A stretch of DNA of 64,000 bases from Parcubacteria group bacterium Greene0416_36 (GTDB lineage: Bacteria > Patescibacteriota > Patescibacteriia > VMEV01). The notes under the pieces were generated by a model that did no database searches, was not told where the DNA came from, and saw nothing but the letters and a program-made list of their open reading frames with translations. Location of the stretch: contig VMEV01000004.1 in NCBI GenBank assembly GCA_007375725.1, positions 5,021-69,020 of the forward strand, written 5' to 3'. Positions within the stretch are counted from its first letter, which is position 1. Every line of letters begins with the position of its first letter. Below are positions 28,678 to 38,144 of this stretch, one piece after another. Made by a program: the position numbers and the translations under genes.

Positions 28678-29280
28678 TTATGCTTTTATTTTTTTCATCA
28701 TCTCCAATAGTTTTCCCGCGTCGATCCCCTCTTTCTTCCCCCCTTCGGTAAAATCAATCAAAGTTTTCCATTTTTCTTTTTTTATAACGGGTTGTTTTTT
28801 GATTTTTTCGTTCAATAAAACAGGCGTCGTCTCAAAAATGGCCTCATGCCTCACCAGCCACTCCTTCTTCTCCAATCCCCCCGCATACCCAATCATCGAC
28901 CCATTTTTTCCAATAACCCGATGACATGGAACAATAATGCCGATGGGATTGCGGTTATTCGCCATACCCACGGCGCGGGAGGCGTTTTTGTTTCCAATAG
29001 AATCGGCTAATTCACCATAACTACGAGTCTCGCCATACGGAATTTTGCGAAGTTCGGCCCACACTTTTTTTTGGAAATCCGTGCCATCGAGATCCAATGG
29101 CAGATCGAAATCACGGCGATGGCCATGAAAATATTCGTCGATTTGCCCGAGCGCCAACTCCAAAACCGGACACGGTTGATTTTCTCCAGCTTTTTCGACA
29201 AAATTAAGGCCAATTACAGATCGTCCGTCTGATTTTATTTCTAATATACCGATAGGAGAATGGTAATAGACATGATACAT
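28678..29280 (-). CDS. ogt: Methylated-DNA-protein-cysteine methyltransferase with extra C-terminal tail
   Basis: GTDFQKKVW, IPYGET.SY, RAVG.A, PCHRV active site. Confidence 0.95.
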   Translation of the reverse strand: MYHVYYHSPIGILEIKSDGRSVIGLNFVEKAGENQPCPVLELALGQIDEYFHGHRRDFDLPLDLDGTDFQKKVWAELRKIPYGETRSYGELADSIGNKNASRAVGMANNRNPIGIIVPCHRVIGKNGSMIGYAGGLEKKEWLVRHEAIFETTPVLLNEKIKKQPVIKKEKWKTLIDFTEGGKKEGIDAGKLLEMMKKIKA

Positions 29281-29392
29281 ATTTTTTGATCCACAATACT
29301 CTTTTTTATGACATTACAAGAAACCATGCAAAAACTCGAGAGTTTAGGCTAAAAAACCATTGAAATAGCCGATCGTTTGATTTACGATGAAC

Positions 29393-29468
29393 ATGAGATT
29401 GCCACGCTTTTCTCTGCAAATTTATTTAACAAAAACAAAGATATTAGTTCAAAATCGCTCGCAATGAC
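29393..29468. repeat. GTCATTG...GCAATCTCAT family repeat
   Basis: atgagattgccacg...cgctcgcaatgac. Confidence 0.7.
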
Positions 29469-29484
29469 ATCCAAACCACGGCTC

Positions 29485-29519
29485 CATTCTTAATTCCTAA
29501 TTCTTCATTCTTAATTCAT
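29485..29519 (+). repeat. 7-nt-period repeat upstream of start codon
   Basis: cattctt aattcct aattctt cattctt aattcat before ATG 29522. Confidence 0.7.
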
Positions 29520-29521
29520 CT

Positions 29522-30490
29522 ATGAAATCCTCTATTCTCAACTTCCCCAAACAATTCGAGTACGAGCCAAAAATCGAAAATCCGAAAAAAAATCATCCCA
29601 AGTATGAGCATTTTATTGTCTCCGGAATGGGGGGATCCCATTTGGCGGCGGATTTGCTCTCGCTGGCCAAACCGGAATATAAACTGACTATTCATTCAGA
29701 CTACGGCATTCCCGAATGGATCCAAAAATCCGACAAAAGCCTCCTCTGGATAGCCAGTTCTTATTCAGGCAATACGGAAGAAGTACTGGATTCTCTCTCA
29801 CTGGCCCGCGCCAAAAATATCGACTGTGTGGCCATCGCAGTAGCAGGGCAACTGATTGAATATGCCAAACAGAATGGCATCCCTTACATCCAAATGCCCA
29901 ATACCGGGATTCAGCCCCGCTCGGCCATCGGATACAGTCTCCGCTCATTACTCCGTCTCTTGGAAGAAGAAAAAGGACTATCTGAAAGCGCCTTATTATC
30001 TTCATCCCTCAAATCGGAATCTTTGGAATCATCAGGGGAAAATTTAGCCGGAATTCTGGCAAATAAAATCCCCGTCATCTATTCGTCCAACAATAATCGC
30101 GCCATTGCCTATAATTGGAAAATAAAATTCAACGAGAACACAAAAATCCCCGCATTCTACAATGTCCTGCCCGAACTGAATCACAATGAAATGAACGGCT
30201 TTGATGTCGTTAACGCCACAAAAATACTCTCGGACAAATTTCATTTTATATTTTTGGAAGATTCCAGCGACCACCCGCAAAACCAAAAGCGCATGCGGGT
30301 TTTAAAGGATCTTTACGCCAAACGAAATCTCCCCGTCACTTCAATCGCTCTCTCTGGCAAAAATATCTGGGAGAAAATTTTCGCCAATCTTCTCGTCGCT
30401 GACTGGACCTCATACCATCTCGCCCTCTCCTACGGAATAGAACCGGAACCCGTGCCGATGGTGGAAGAGTTTAAAGAGTTGATAAAATAA
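29522..30490 (+). CDS. Bifunctional phosphoglucose/phosphomannose isomerase (SIS)
   Basis: GMGGS, SYSGNTEE, QPRSA, NENTK, PELNHNE motifs. Confidence 0.93.
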   Translation: MKSSILNFPKQFEYEPKIENPKKNHPKYEHFIVSGMGGSHLAADLLSLAKPEYKLTIHSDYGIPEWIQKSDKSLLWIASSYSGNTEEVLDSLSLARAKNIDCVAIAVAGQLIEYAKQNGIPYIQMPNTGIQPRSAIGYSLRSLLRLLEEEKGLSESALLSSSLKSESLESSGENLAGILANKIPVIYSSNNNRAIAYNWKIKFNENTKIPAFYNVLPELNHNEMNGFDVVNATKILSDKFHFIFLEDSSDHPQNQKRMRVLKDLYAKRNLPVTSIALSGKNIWEKIFANLLVADWTSYHLALSYGIEPEPVPMVEEFKELIK

Positions 30491-30496
30491 TAGAAG

Positions 30497-30528
30497 CAAC
30501 AAACACCCTCATCTGACGGTGTTTGTTT
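30497..30528. terminator. Bidirectional terminator
   Basis: aacaaacacc...ggtgtttgtt hairpin between convergent genes. Confidence 0.6.
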
Positions 30529-30542
30529 GTTCTTATAAATAA

Positions 30543-31466
30543 TTATTCTTTCTTATTTTTCGACCCCACCGCATTCCCCGTGATCACCGCATTCCTCATC
30601 TGTTCGGCGAGTTCCCCCATGTGGCCCGGAGAATGAGGGATCATAATCGTATTGTTGTGAGCTCCGGACCCGAGATCTTTGAGCGTATCGAAGTATTGAG
30701 TCATGAGCACCAAATTCATCACGTCCTGCGACGTAGTACCCTCCACCGAGCGCTTAAAATCATCGACAGACTCTCGAAGCCCCTCGATAATGGCCTTACG
30801 CTGATTGGCGATGCCTTGTCCCTGCAGAGCCTTGCTTTCAGCCTCGGCTTGAGCGGCTTTGACCTTCATGATGCGGTCAGCTTCTCCCTTCTCCGCCGCG
30901 GCAATACGCTGGCGCTGAGCCGCGTTGATATCGTTCATGGCCTCTTTGACCCGGGCATCGGGTTCAATGTCCGTTACCAAGGCTTTGAGGATGCCGAGAC
31001 CAAACTCATCCATGGTCGCGTCCAGTTCGCTTTTGACCGCATCCGCGATCTCATCTTTTTTCTCGAACAAATGATCGAGCGTGATTTTCGGAACGCGCGC
31101 GCGGACGACATCGAACACGAAAGACGTAATCTGCCCCTGAGGATCCTGAAGCTTATAAAACGCATCGTAGATTTTGGTGGGCTGAACAAAATACTGCACG
31201 GAAATGACCAAATGAACGAACACATTATCCTCGGTCTTGGTCTCGACTTTGACCGACAATTGCTGAACGCGCACATTCACGCGCCCCACCACCCATTCGA
31301 TCCAAGGGATTTTGATTCCCAACCCGGGCCCCACCACTCGGACAAACTTCCCAAAACGCTGAATGACTCCGTACGTCTGCTGTTCGATGGTAAAAAATAA
31401 CGCGAACAAAGAAAAAAACAGAAATATCCCTCCCAGCCAATATAGAAATAACATAATAGGATCCAT
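30543..31466 (-). CDS. SPFH/band-7 domain protein
   Basis: RFGKF, ETKT.DNVFV, FDVVRA.VP, TQYFDTL motifs. Confidence 0.93.
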   Translation of the reverse strand: MDPIMLFLYWLGGIFLFFSLFALFFTIEQQTYGVIQRFGKFVRVVGPGLGIKIPWIEWVVGRVNVRVQQLSVKVETKTEDNVFVHLVISVQYFVQPTKIYDAFYKLQDPQGQITSFVFDVVRARVPKITLDHLFEKKDEIADAVKSELDATMDEFGLGILKALVTDIEPDARVKEAMNDINAAQRQRIAAAEKGEADRIMKVKAAQAEAESKALQGQGIANQRKAIIEGLRESVDDFKRSVEGTTSQDVMNLVLMTQYFDTLKDLGSGAHNNTIMIPHSPGHMGELAEQMRNAVITGNAVGSKNKKE

Positions 31467-31614
31467 AAATAATTACTTAAATAGATAAAATTCTCCCTAG
31501 AACTTACAATACTTAAATTACAAATTAAATGAAATCGGGTCCGTCATTTTAGCCGTACCCGATCAATCCTTTCAAAATAGACAAAAACTCACACAAATCA
31601 TCCCTCAACAGTAA

Positions 31615-32061
31615 TCAGTCCTTAAAATACTGTTTTCGCAGTTCATAACCCATAATCGTAGGGATATAAAAAATCAAATCTGCGGCTAATTTTCCAACAA
31701 AGATTCCAAGTAAAAATGGACTGATCATCAGAGGGAAAAAATACAAGCAAAACGGACGCACAAAAAAACTATCGAGGATTTCCGCCGAGCTGAACTCTAA
31801 AAAGATATTTCGAATATCCTTCAAAAAATCCCACCGATTGATTGTCCGATGATCAGCACGAACAAGAACCTGTCTCGCGCGGATATCTCTCCATGCAATC
31901 GTTCCATAATAAAAAATAGATTCCCCAAAAGCCCCCACAAAAGCAGCCAAAACCCGATTATCCGTGGCAAAAAACACCAATCCCGCCGCCGCCATTGCGC
32001 CCGCGGTTCCCATGATTTCTGCAGGCAGATACCGGCTGACCCACTCCTTCATTTTAGACAT
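31615..32061 (-). CDS. Hypothetical membrane protein
   Basis: 148 aa; RYLPAE, AE.LDS..VRP, GKLAADLIFY pattern. Confidence 0.7.
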   Translation of the reverse strand: MSKMKEWVSRYLPAEIMGTAGAMAAAGLVFFATDNRVLAAFVGAFGESIFYYGTIAWRDIRARQVLVRADHRTINRWDFLKDIRNIFLEFSSAEILDSFFVRPFCLYFFPLMISPFLLGIFVGKLAADLIFYIPTIMGYELRKQYFKD

Positions 32062-32257
32062 AGAAACGAACTCCTATATCAACAATAAACTCCTACCTCA
32101 AAAAGAACCGAATCTCTATAAAGTACGTCAAAAACGATACTATTGCAATAAGGAACACGTCAAAAAAACTCCCTCTTAAAACTATGCATTTATATTCCCA
32201 TTTTTTTGTGAGAAAAACAAAAAATATCGGCCGATTCGATCCTGGCGATATTTTGTC

Positions 32258-32653
32258 CTACAAAATTCCAGAATATTCAGGGTAATTGTCTCTAACCAGA
32301 TTTTTCCAGCTTGCCGTTTCATTACTGCCAGTCAAATCATTTTTATGATACACAAGCAAAACAGACACTCTATTTATATTTTTATGGATAGCGACAATGC
32401 ACCTATTGCCAGAACCATGACGAGATTCTTGGGTACCCGAAATCTTGAATTCTGTTTTACAAATTTTTATATCAGCAGAATCAATAATCGTCTGGGCCAT
32501 GTTTTTATTAAACAAAACATCAAAAACACCGAACTCTTCTACCAAAAAGGAATATGTCAGATCCCAAGCACTTTTATATTTTCTGGCAAATGTTTTGATA
32601 AAATGCCTTTCCGTAAAAGACTCAAAGACAACTTCATATTTAGTAATATTCAT
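32258..32653 (-). CDS. Putative RelE/HigB-like toxin
   Basis: C-terminal GSGNRCIV...VLLVYHKND resembles the RelE-family GxRvIy...LLxxYxK motif; overlaps the antitoxin gene. Confidence 0.55.
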   Translation of the reverse strand: MNITKYEVVFESFTERHFIKTFARKYKSAWDLTYSFLVEEFGVFDVLFNKNMAQTIIDSADIKICKTEFKISGTQESRHGSGNRCIVAIHKNINRVSVLLVYHKNDLTGSNETASWKNLVRDNYPEYSGIL

Positions 32654-33314
32654 GAGGATCTTCTTGAGTTATCAAACCCAAAGAAATAATATCATTATCA
32701 TCAGCACACAAATATGGAAGCTGATTGTGCGTGAATTCGACAATCTCTTTTGTTTTTTTGCCTTTCCATTTTTTCTCAATATTCTTGATAAGTTCCAATT
32801 CTTCCCTTTTCATTTCAGATAAATCTTTTTTTGATCCTGCCCGAGTTTGTGATATGAGCATCGCACCCTCTTTTGTCTGATTTATTCCAATTTGACCATT
32901 TTCATAGAGCTCATCTATCACTCTGAAATAAGGATCCGCTACTGGACCATATTGGATTTTTCTATATTGCACTCCACTCATACTATGCAGGTGGTAATAA
33001 AACCAACCCGCATCAGCAAGATACACAAGCTTAGCCAGTTTCGTTTTTGGAATTTTGTCTCCTCCTCGCAAAAAAGCCAAGATCATTTGTTTATATTTTT
33101 CGTAATTGGGAGATTCTCCGCCTCCAAGCTCTTCAAATGACACGCCCAAAATACTAGAAAGCTTTTCAAACTCTCCCATGGTCAACTCTCTCTTCCCCTG
33201 TTCGATGCCAATATAAGAAGATCTAGAAATACCCAACTTCTCCGCTATAAAAGCCTGAGAAAACCCGCGAGCCACCCGAAAAGCACGGACAGATTGTGTA
33301 TATTTATTATTCAT
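32640..33314 (-). CDS. Xre-HTH plus DUF4065 (Panacea/SocA-like) antitoxin
   Basis: HTH (SQAFIAEKLGISRSSY..IEQG); KTKLAKLVYLAD, YGPV and FTH Panacea motifs. Confidence 0.85.
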   Translation of the reverse strand: MNNKYTQSVRAFRVARGFSQAFIAEKLGISRSSYIGIEQGKRELTMGEFEKLSSILGVSFEELGGGESPNYEKYKQMILAFLRGGDKIPKTKLAKLVYLADAGWFYYHLHSMSGVQYRKIQYGPVADPYFRVIDELYENGQIGINQTKEGAMLISQTRAGSKKDLSEMKREELELIKNIEKKWKGKKTKEIVEFTHNQLPYLCADDNDIISLGLITQEDPHEYY

Positions 33315-33357
33315 ATGACCAGATCATATCAAATAATGTCGAAAAATCAAACATATT

Positions 33358-33376
33358 GTGTCAAAAGTTATGACAC
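33358..33376. promoter_or_regulatory. Candidate operator for the Xre-Panacea operon
   Basis: GTGTCA-7 nt-TGACAC inverted repeat about 45 bp upstream of the start. Confidence 0.35.
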
Positions 33377-33433
33377 TCGGCATTATATTGATTTTTAATC
33401 ATTTTTATATATACTAACCCTAGCATAAAATTC

Positions 33434-33518
33434 GGAGAGGTGGCCGAGTGGTTTAAGGCACCAGTCTTGAAAACTGGCACCCCGCAAGGGGTCGTGGGTT
33501 CAAATCCCACCTTCTCCG
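33434..33518 (+). tRNA. tRNA-Ser(TGA)
   Basis: GGAGAGG acceptor, anticodon arm CCAGT-CTTGAAA-ACTGG, long variable arm, GTTCAAATC; CCA not encoded. Confidence 0.96.
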
Positions 33519-33557
33519 CCTATACAAAACAGACGCAATAACTAAAAGTTTTCCCAA

Positions 33558-33599
33558 CAAAAATGTAAGGGCACAGAATTCTGTGCCCTTACATTTTTG
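33558..33599. repeat. GTAA-type REP with 7-bp inverted flanks; supplies the helicase stop codon
   Basis: caaaaat-GTAAGGGCACAGAATTCTGTGCCCTTAC-atttttg. Confidence 0.9.
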
Positions 33600-35202
33600 G
33601 CACCCCCTTCATCTCCAAAATCCTATCCACCCTAAACGCCCGATCTTCTTTGCGCTCCATGCAATACGCCTGCATGCCGATATATTTCTTGCCGAGATAG
33701 ACCATTTCGCCCACGCGGTGGGGGATGATTTCGCGGCAGGATTTTTCGTCCGAGCCTTTTAAATAGACAATTTTGAGACTTTTTTCATTATCAATCGCTT
33801 CCTGAATCATCCGGACTTTATCTTCCAAACTTAACAATTTCTCCGATTTTCCATATTGAAACTGTGTGACAAATTTCACCACATTCCAGTCGAGCCAGAT
33901 ATGTCGCTTGGCAACCGGCTTTTTGAGCACGAGGCCTTCAATCGAAGTGCACCGCGAGAGGGCCACGTACAGCTGGCCATGAGCGAAAGTGCCTCGGCCG
34001 ATATCCACTATCACGCGGTCGAAAGTTTTTCCCTGGCTTTTGTGAATGGTGACAGCCCACGCAAGTTTGAGCGGGTATTGATTGAATGATCCGATTTTCC
34101 GCGAATCCACATGTCCTTTTTCGAAAACATATTCGAACATGTCCCAGGTATGACGTCCCACAACCACTTCCTCCCCGCTGTTCAATTTCACGATAATGGC
34201 CGTATCTTTTTCACCCGCGTCATTTTCTTCGTCCACGAAATTGATGATCTGGCCGATGGTTCCATTGACCCAGCGGCCCATGATTTCATTGTTGAGCATC
34301 ATGATCTGCGAACCGATTTTAAGTTCGAGATTTTCGGTAGTGGGCAAAGCATTTCTCTCGAATTTACCGGAAACCCGGCTCGAAAAGGAATAATTTTTTC
34401 CAGCTAAACGTAACAATGCCGCCGCATTGATCTCATCCGCCGCGGCGTTAGTCGTGGTGAGATAGATATAAAATTCCTTTTTCGGAGGGACGAAATCAGG
34501 CTCGTATCTCTCGTTGAGTATTTGGAGATCCGCAGGCGTCGCCGAATTATTGCGAATCGAGTTCAGCAGTCTGACAAAGTCCGCGTCTTTCTGGCGATAG
34601 ACTTTGGACAGTTCCAGAAATTCCATATCCAAAGATTCAAACACTTTCGCACTGAAAAAATAAGGCGTCAGATAGGTGAGCGCGAAAATTTTCTTTTCCT
34701 CGGCACTCACTACCGGAGGCAATTGATAGAGGTCGCCGATAAAAACCATCTGCACCCCGCCAAACGGCAGCTTCCGTGTTTTCCCGTTGAGACGCAAAAA
34801 TTTATCCACGCAGTCGAGCAAATCCGCACGGACCATCGATATTTCATCGATCACGATCAAATCCAATTTCTCGTACATCTCCGGATCCGACACTTTTTTT
34901 ACCTTTGAAACCAAAATATTGGGCTTGAAATGAAAAAAGGAGTGAATGGTTTGCCCAGAAATATTAACCGCCGCCACCCCCGTGGGAGCCAGCACGACCA
35001 TCTCTTTTTTCGAATGCTCACGAAAATATTTGAGAAACGTCGATTTTCCGGTTCCCGCCTTCCCTGTCAAAAACAAATTCTTTCCCAACTCGACCATCCC
35101 GATCGCTTTCTTAAAATCGTCATTGAGCTCAATAGAATCTTTCGCTTGTATTTTAGCTTTCCTCGCCTTCTTCTCTTTCTTCATTTTTTTCGCCAGAGTC
35201 AT
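33589..35202 (-). CDS. Pif1-like SF1B helicase with C-terminal WYL domain
   Basis: GKAGTGKST, DEISM, GDLYQLPPV, TIHKSQG, YVALSR; tail with I.Y...R.I.P...AYC..R...RAFRVDRI. Confidence 0.9.
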   Translation of the reverse strand: MTLAKKMKKEKKARKAKIQAKDSIELNDDFKKAIGMVELGKNLFLTGKAGTGKSTFLKYFREHSKKEMVVLAPTGVAAVNISGQTIHSFFHFKPNILVSKVKKVSDPEMYEKLDLIVIDEISMVRADLLDCVDKFLRLNGKTRKLPFGGVQMVFIGDLYQLPPVVSAEEKKIFALTYLTPYFFSAKVFESLDMEFLELSKVYRQKDADFVRLLNSIRNNSATPADLQILNERYEPDFVPPKKEFYIYLTTTNAAADEINAAALLRLAGKNYSFSSRVSGKFERNALPTTENLELKIGSQIMMLNNEIMGRWVNGTIGQIINFVDEENDAGEKDTAIIVKLNSGEEVVVGRHTWDMFEYVFEKGHVDSRKIGSFNQYPLKLAWAVTIHKSQGKTFDRVIVDIGRGTFAHGQLYVALSRCTSIEGLVLKKPVAKRHIWLDWNVVKFVTQFQYGKSEKLLSLEDKVRMIQEAIDNEKSLKIVYLKGSDEKSCREIIPHRVGEMVYLGKKYIGMQAYCMERKEDRAFRVDRILEMKGVPKM

Positions 35203-35207
35203 AAAAA

Positions 35208-37961
35208 TTATGTAAACAAATACTCCATCTCTCCCCAATTCTTGCCTGATTTGATGTCCACAAGAATCGGAACTGAGAGCGAGATCCGGCCTGTATCTTC
35301 CATGGCAGGCTTTATTTTTTTGGAAAACTCCAAAACCGAATCCTCTTTCACCTCAAAAACCAATTCATCATGCACCTGGAGAAGCATTCTCACTTCTTCT
35401 TTTTTATAAATCTCTCGAATCATTGAGTCCACTCGAATCATGGCCATTTTCACGAGATCTGCGGCCGTACCCTGCACGGGCATATTGATGGCCATGCGCT
35501 CGGCCTGGGCGCGGAGCATGGGGACATTTGAGTGAATATCGGGGAGATATCGGATGCGCCCATACAATGTCTCCACATATCCCTGCTTTTTGGCGAGTTC
35601 TCTCGTCTCGTTCAAATATTCTCGAACACGCGGACGCACTTTGAAATATTTTTCGATGAATTCTTTGGCTTCGGCGAAGGTCATGCCCGTCGCTCGTCCC
35701 AGAGCATAGGCCCCCTGGCCATATAAAATGCCAAAATTGATGGTTTTCGCGGCCGAACGCATGGACGGGGTCACTTCTTCAAGGCCGATCCCATGAATTT
35801 CCGCGGCCGTGCGGCGGTGAATATCCTCGCCTCGTTTGAAAGCCTCGATCATGGCCTCATCCTCGGCCATCGCCGCCACAAGCCGCAGCTCGATCTGCGA
35901 ATAATCGGCGGACACCAGCACATATCCTTTCTCCGCCACAAAAGCCTTGCGGATCTCCCGCCCCCAGTCGGTCCTTGTCGGAATATTCTGCAAATTCGGA
36001 TCCATCGACGAAAGCCGGCCGGTCGCCGCAATAGTCTGATTAAAATTGGTGTGAATTCTCCCCGTCGTCGGCGACACCAGTTCCGGAAGCGATTTGATAT
36101 AGGTCGAAAGCAATTTTGAAAATTCGCGATACTCGACAATGAGGGGAATCATCGGACTGCGATCCTCGATTTTTTCAAGTTCTCCTGCGGCCAGGGACAA
36201 TCCCGTTTTGATTTTCTTGATTCCCTCTTTCGAAACCTTCAACTTTTCAAACAAAATAAAAGCCAATTGCTGACTGGATAAAATATTAAACGGCTCGCCC
36301 GAATAGTCGTAAATTTTTTTCTCGAGTCTGGCCATCTCCTTCTCGACCTGCCCTTCCAAGACCTTGAGAATATCTGTATCCAAAGCAATGCCATAACGCT
36401 CCATTCTCCCTAAAACCGGAACGAGAGGCAGTTCCATTTCCGCAAATAATCGCGATAATTCTTTTTCATCTAATCTTTTACGAAAAATCTCCACCAACGA
36501 AAAACACAAATCCGCGTCTCCGGCCGCGTACGGCGCGATTTCCTCGGCCGACAATTCTGACATAGATTTCTGGTCCTTTCCGGAACCAATGAGGGTCTCT
36601 ATTTCCTGCTTCTGGCGCCCCAATTCCGAAAAAGCCACAGCCCCGAGGCTATGCGCGCGGCTCCCAGGATTGCACAGATACGAAGCGATCATGGTATCGA
36701 AAGACAGAGGATATAAATGAACTCCCAACGTTTGTAAAACATGCCAGTCAAACTTAATATTATGCCCGTATTTGAAGATATTTGGATTCTCCAATAATTT
36801 TTTCAGCTTTTCCAAGTGGCCATATCCCGGATTCTTCGAGTCCCAGTGAATATAATAGCCCTCATGACTTTTCCAAGAAAAACTCATGCCCACGCATTTG
36901 GAGTCAATCGGGTGTAAAGACGATGTCTCCGTGTCAAAAGCAAAGGCCGTTTGTTTCTCCGCCAAAGCTAAAAATCGCGCCATTTTCTCCGGAGAGTCCA
37001 CCAAATAATAGGTTGAAACGACTTTTGCGGCAGAAACCGGAACCTCTCCGCCGCTTTCTCCGGCCAAAGCATTAAATTTTGGAAGCAAAGACTTAAATTC
37101 GTATTTTGAAAATACCGAAAATACGGCCGACTGGTCCCAGAGTCCCAACTTGCACTTTTCCAAGTCGAATTCAATCGGGACATCCCGCGCAATCGTGACC
37201 AATTTTTTAGACAAAATCGCGTCCTCTTTTCCCGCCCCGAGCATTTTCCGAATCCTCGGCGAAAAAGCCAAAATCTTGGAAGGCGGAACATCGGCCTCGA
37301 GTGCCTCGTAAATTTTCTCGACCGATCCAAAAGCCTTCACCAATCCGGTAGCAGTCTTCTCGCCAATGCCCTTGATTCCTTTGATATTATCTGAAGCGTC
37401 GCCGGAAAAGGCCTTCATATCGAGAAGCTGTAAGGGTTCCAATCCATATTTTTCCATGACGGCGACCGAATCAAAAATCGTTGTATCGCTGATTCCTTTT
37501 TTGAAGGTGTACACTTTCACGCGGTCATCCACCAGCTGCAGCGCATCGCGGTCGCCGGTCACAATCACTGCCTCGATCTTTTTTTCTATAAGGGCCGGAT
37601 GATGACTCAAAGTCCCGATAATGTCATCCGCCTCAAAGCCTTCTTTCTCAAAAAAAACCATTCCCAATGAACCCAGAACTTCCTTGATCATCGGAATTTG
37701 ATCATATAATTCCTGCGGCTGTTGGGTGCGCGTGGCCTTGTATTCCTTGTACATCTTGTGCCGGAATGTAGGCCCTCTCAAATCAAAAGCCACTGCCAAA
37801 TAATCCGGCTTTAAATCCTTGATCGCTTTGAGTAAAATGCTCGTGAATCCATACGCTGCATTCACCATCTTGCCATCCTTTGTCTGTAAACTCGGTATCG
37901 CATGCCACGCGCGGTGAAGCAGCGCATTTCCATCCACCAACATAAATTTTGGGTGTTTCAT
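35208..37961 (-). CDS. polA: DNA polymerase I
   Basis: 5'-3' exonuclease (DGNALLHRA, EADD), 3'-5' exonuclease (FDTET), polymerase motifs DYSQIELR, K..NFG..YG, VHDE. Confidence 0.98.
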   Translation of the reverse strand: MKHPKFMLVDGNALLHRAWHAIPSLQTKDGKMVNAAYGFTSILLKAIKDLKPDYLAVAFDLRGPTFRHKMYKEYKATRTQQPQELYDQIPMIKEVLGSLGMVFFEKEGFEADDIIGTLSHHPALIEKKIEAVIVTGDRDALQLVDDRVKVYTFKKGISDTTIFDSVAVMEKYGLEPLQLLDMKAFSGDASDNIKGIKGIGEKTATGLVKAFGSVEKIYEALEADVPPSKILAFSPRIRKMLGAGKEDAILSKKLVTIARDVPIEFDLEKCKLGLWDQSAVFSVFSKYEFKSLLPKFNALAGESGGEVPVSAAKVVSTYYLVDSPEKMARFLALAEKQTAFAFDTETSSLHPIDSKCVGMSFSWKSHEGYYIHWDSKNPGYGHLEKLKKLLENPNIFKYGHNIKFDWHVLQTLGVHLYPLSFDTMIASYLCNPGSRAHSLGAVAFSELGRQKQEIETLIGSGKDQKSMSELSAEEIAPYAAGDADLCFSLVEIFRKRLDEKELSRLFAEMELPLVPVLGRMERYGIALDTDILKVLEGQVEKEMARLEKKIYDYSGEPFNILSSQQLAFILFEKLKVSKEGIKKIKTGLSLAAGELEKIEDRSPMIPLIVEYREFSKLLSTYIKSLPELVSPTTGRIHTNFNQTIAATGRLSSMDPNLQNIPTRTDWGREIRKAFVAEKGYVLVSADYSQIELRLVAAMAEDEAMIEAFKRGEDIHRRTAAEIHGIGLEEVTPSMRSAAKTINFGILYGQGAYALGRATGMTFAEAKEFIEKYFKVRPRVREYLNETRELAKKQGYVETLYGRIRYLPDIHSNVPMLRAQAERMAINMPVQGTAADLVKMAMIRVDSMIREIYKKEEVRMLLQVHDELVFEVKEDSVLEFSKKIKPAMEDTGRISLSVPILVDIKSGKNWGEMEYLFT

Positions 37962-38026
37962 AAAATATATTATTTCACTGCGATTCTTTCTTTAACACTA
38001 GCCAAAAACCAAGCAAATATCAAAAG

Positions 38027-38106
38027 AAATCCCTCCCAAACCCTCCCTTTGACAAGGGAGGGAGTTATCTCCCCCTTGTCAAAGGGGGACTAAGGGGGAT
38101 TTGTTG
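38027..38106. repeat. CTTTGACAAGG composite palindromic element
   Basis: Copy in the polA upstream region. Confidence 0.9.
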
Positions 38107-38144
38107 CTTTCACTCCACTCATTAAAATTTATAACTTCTAATTT

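Noticed and set aside
26832-33518. Region between the two tRNA-Ser genes as an integrated island or invertible segment
   Set aside because: The tRNAs face outward, there is no duplicated tRNA 3' end or integrase, and the shared 15-nt 5' sequence is ordinary tRNA-Ser homology.
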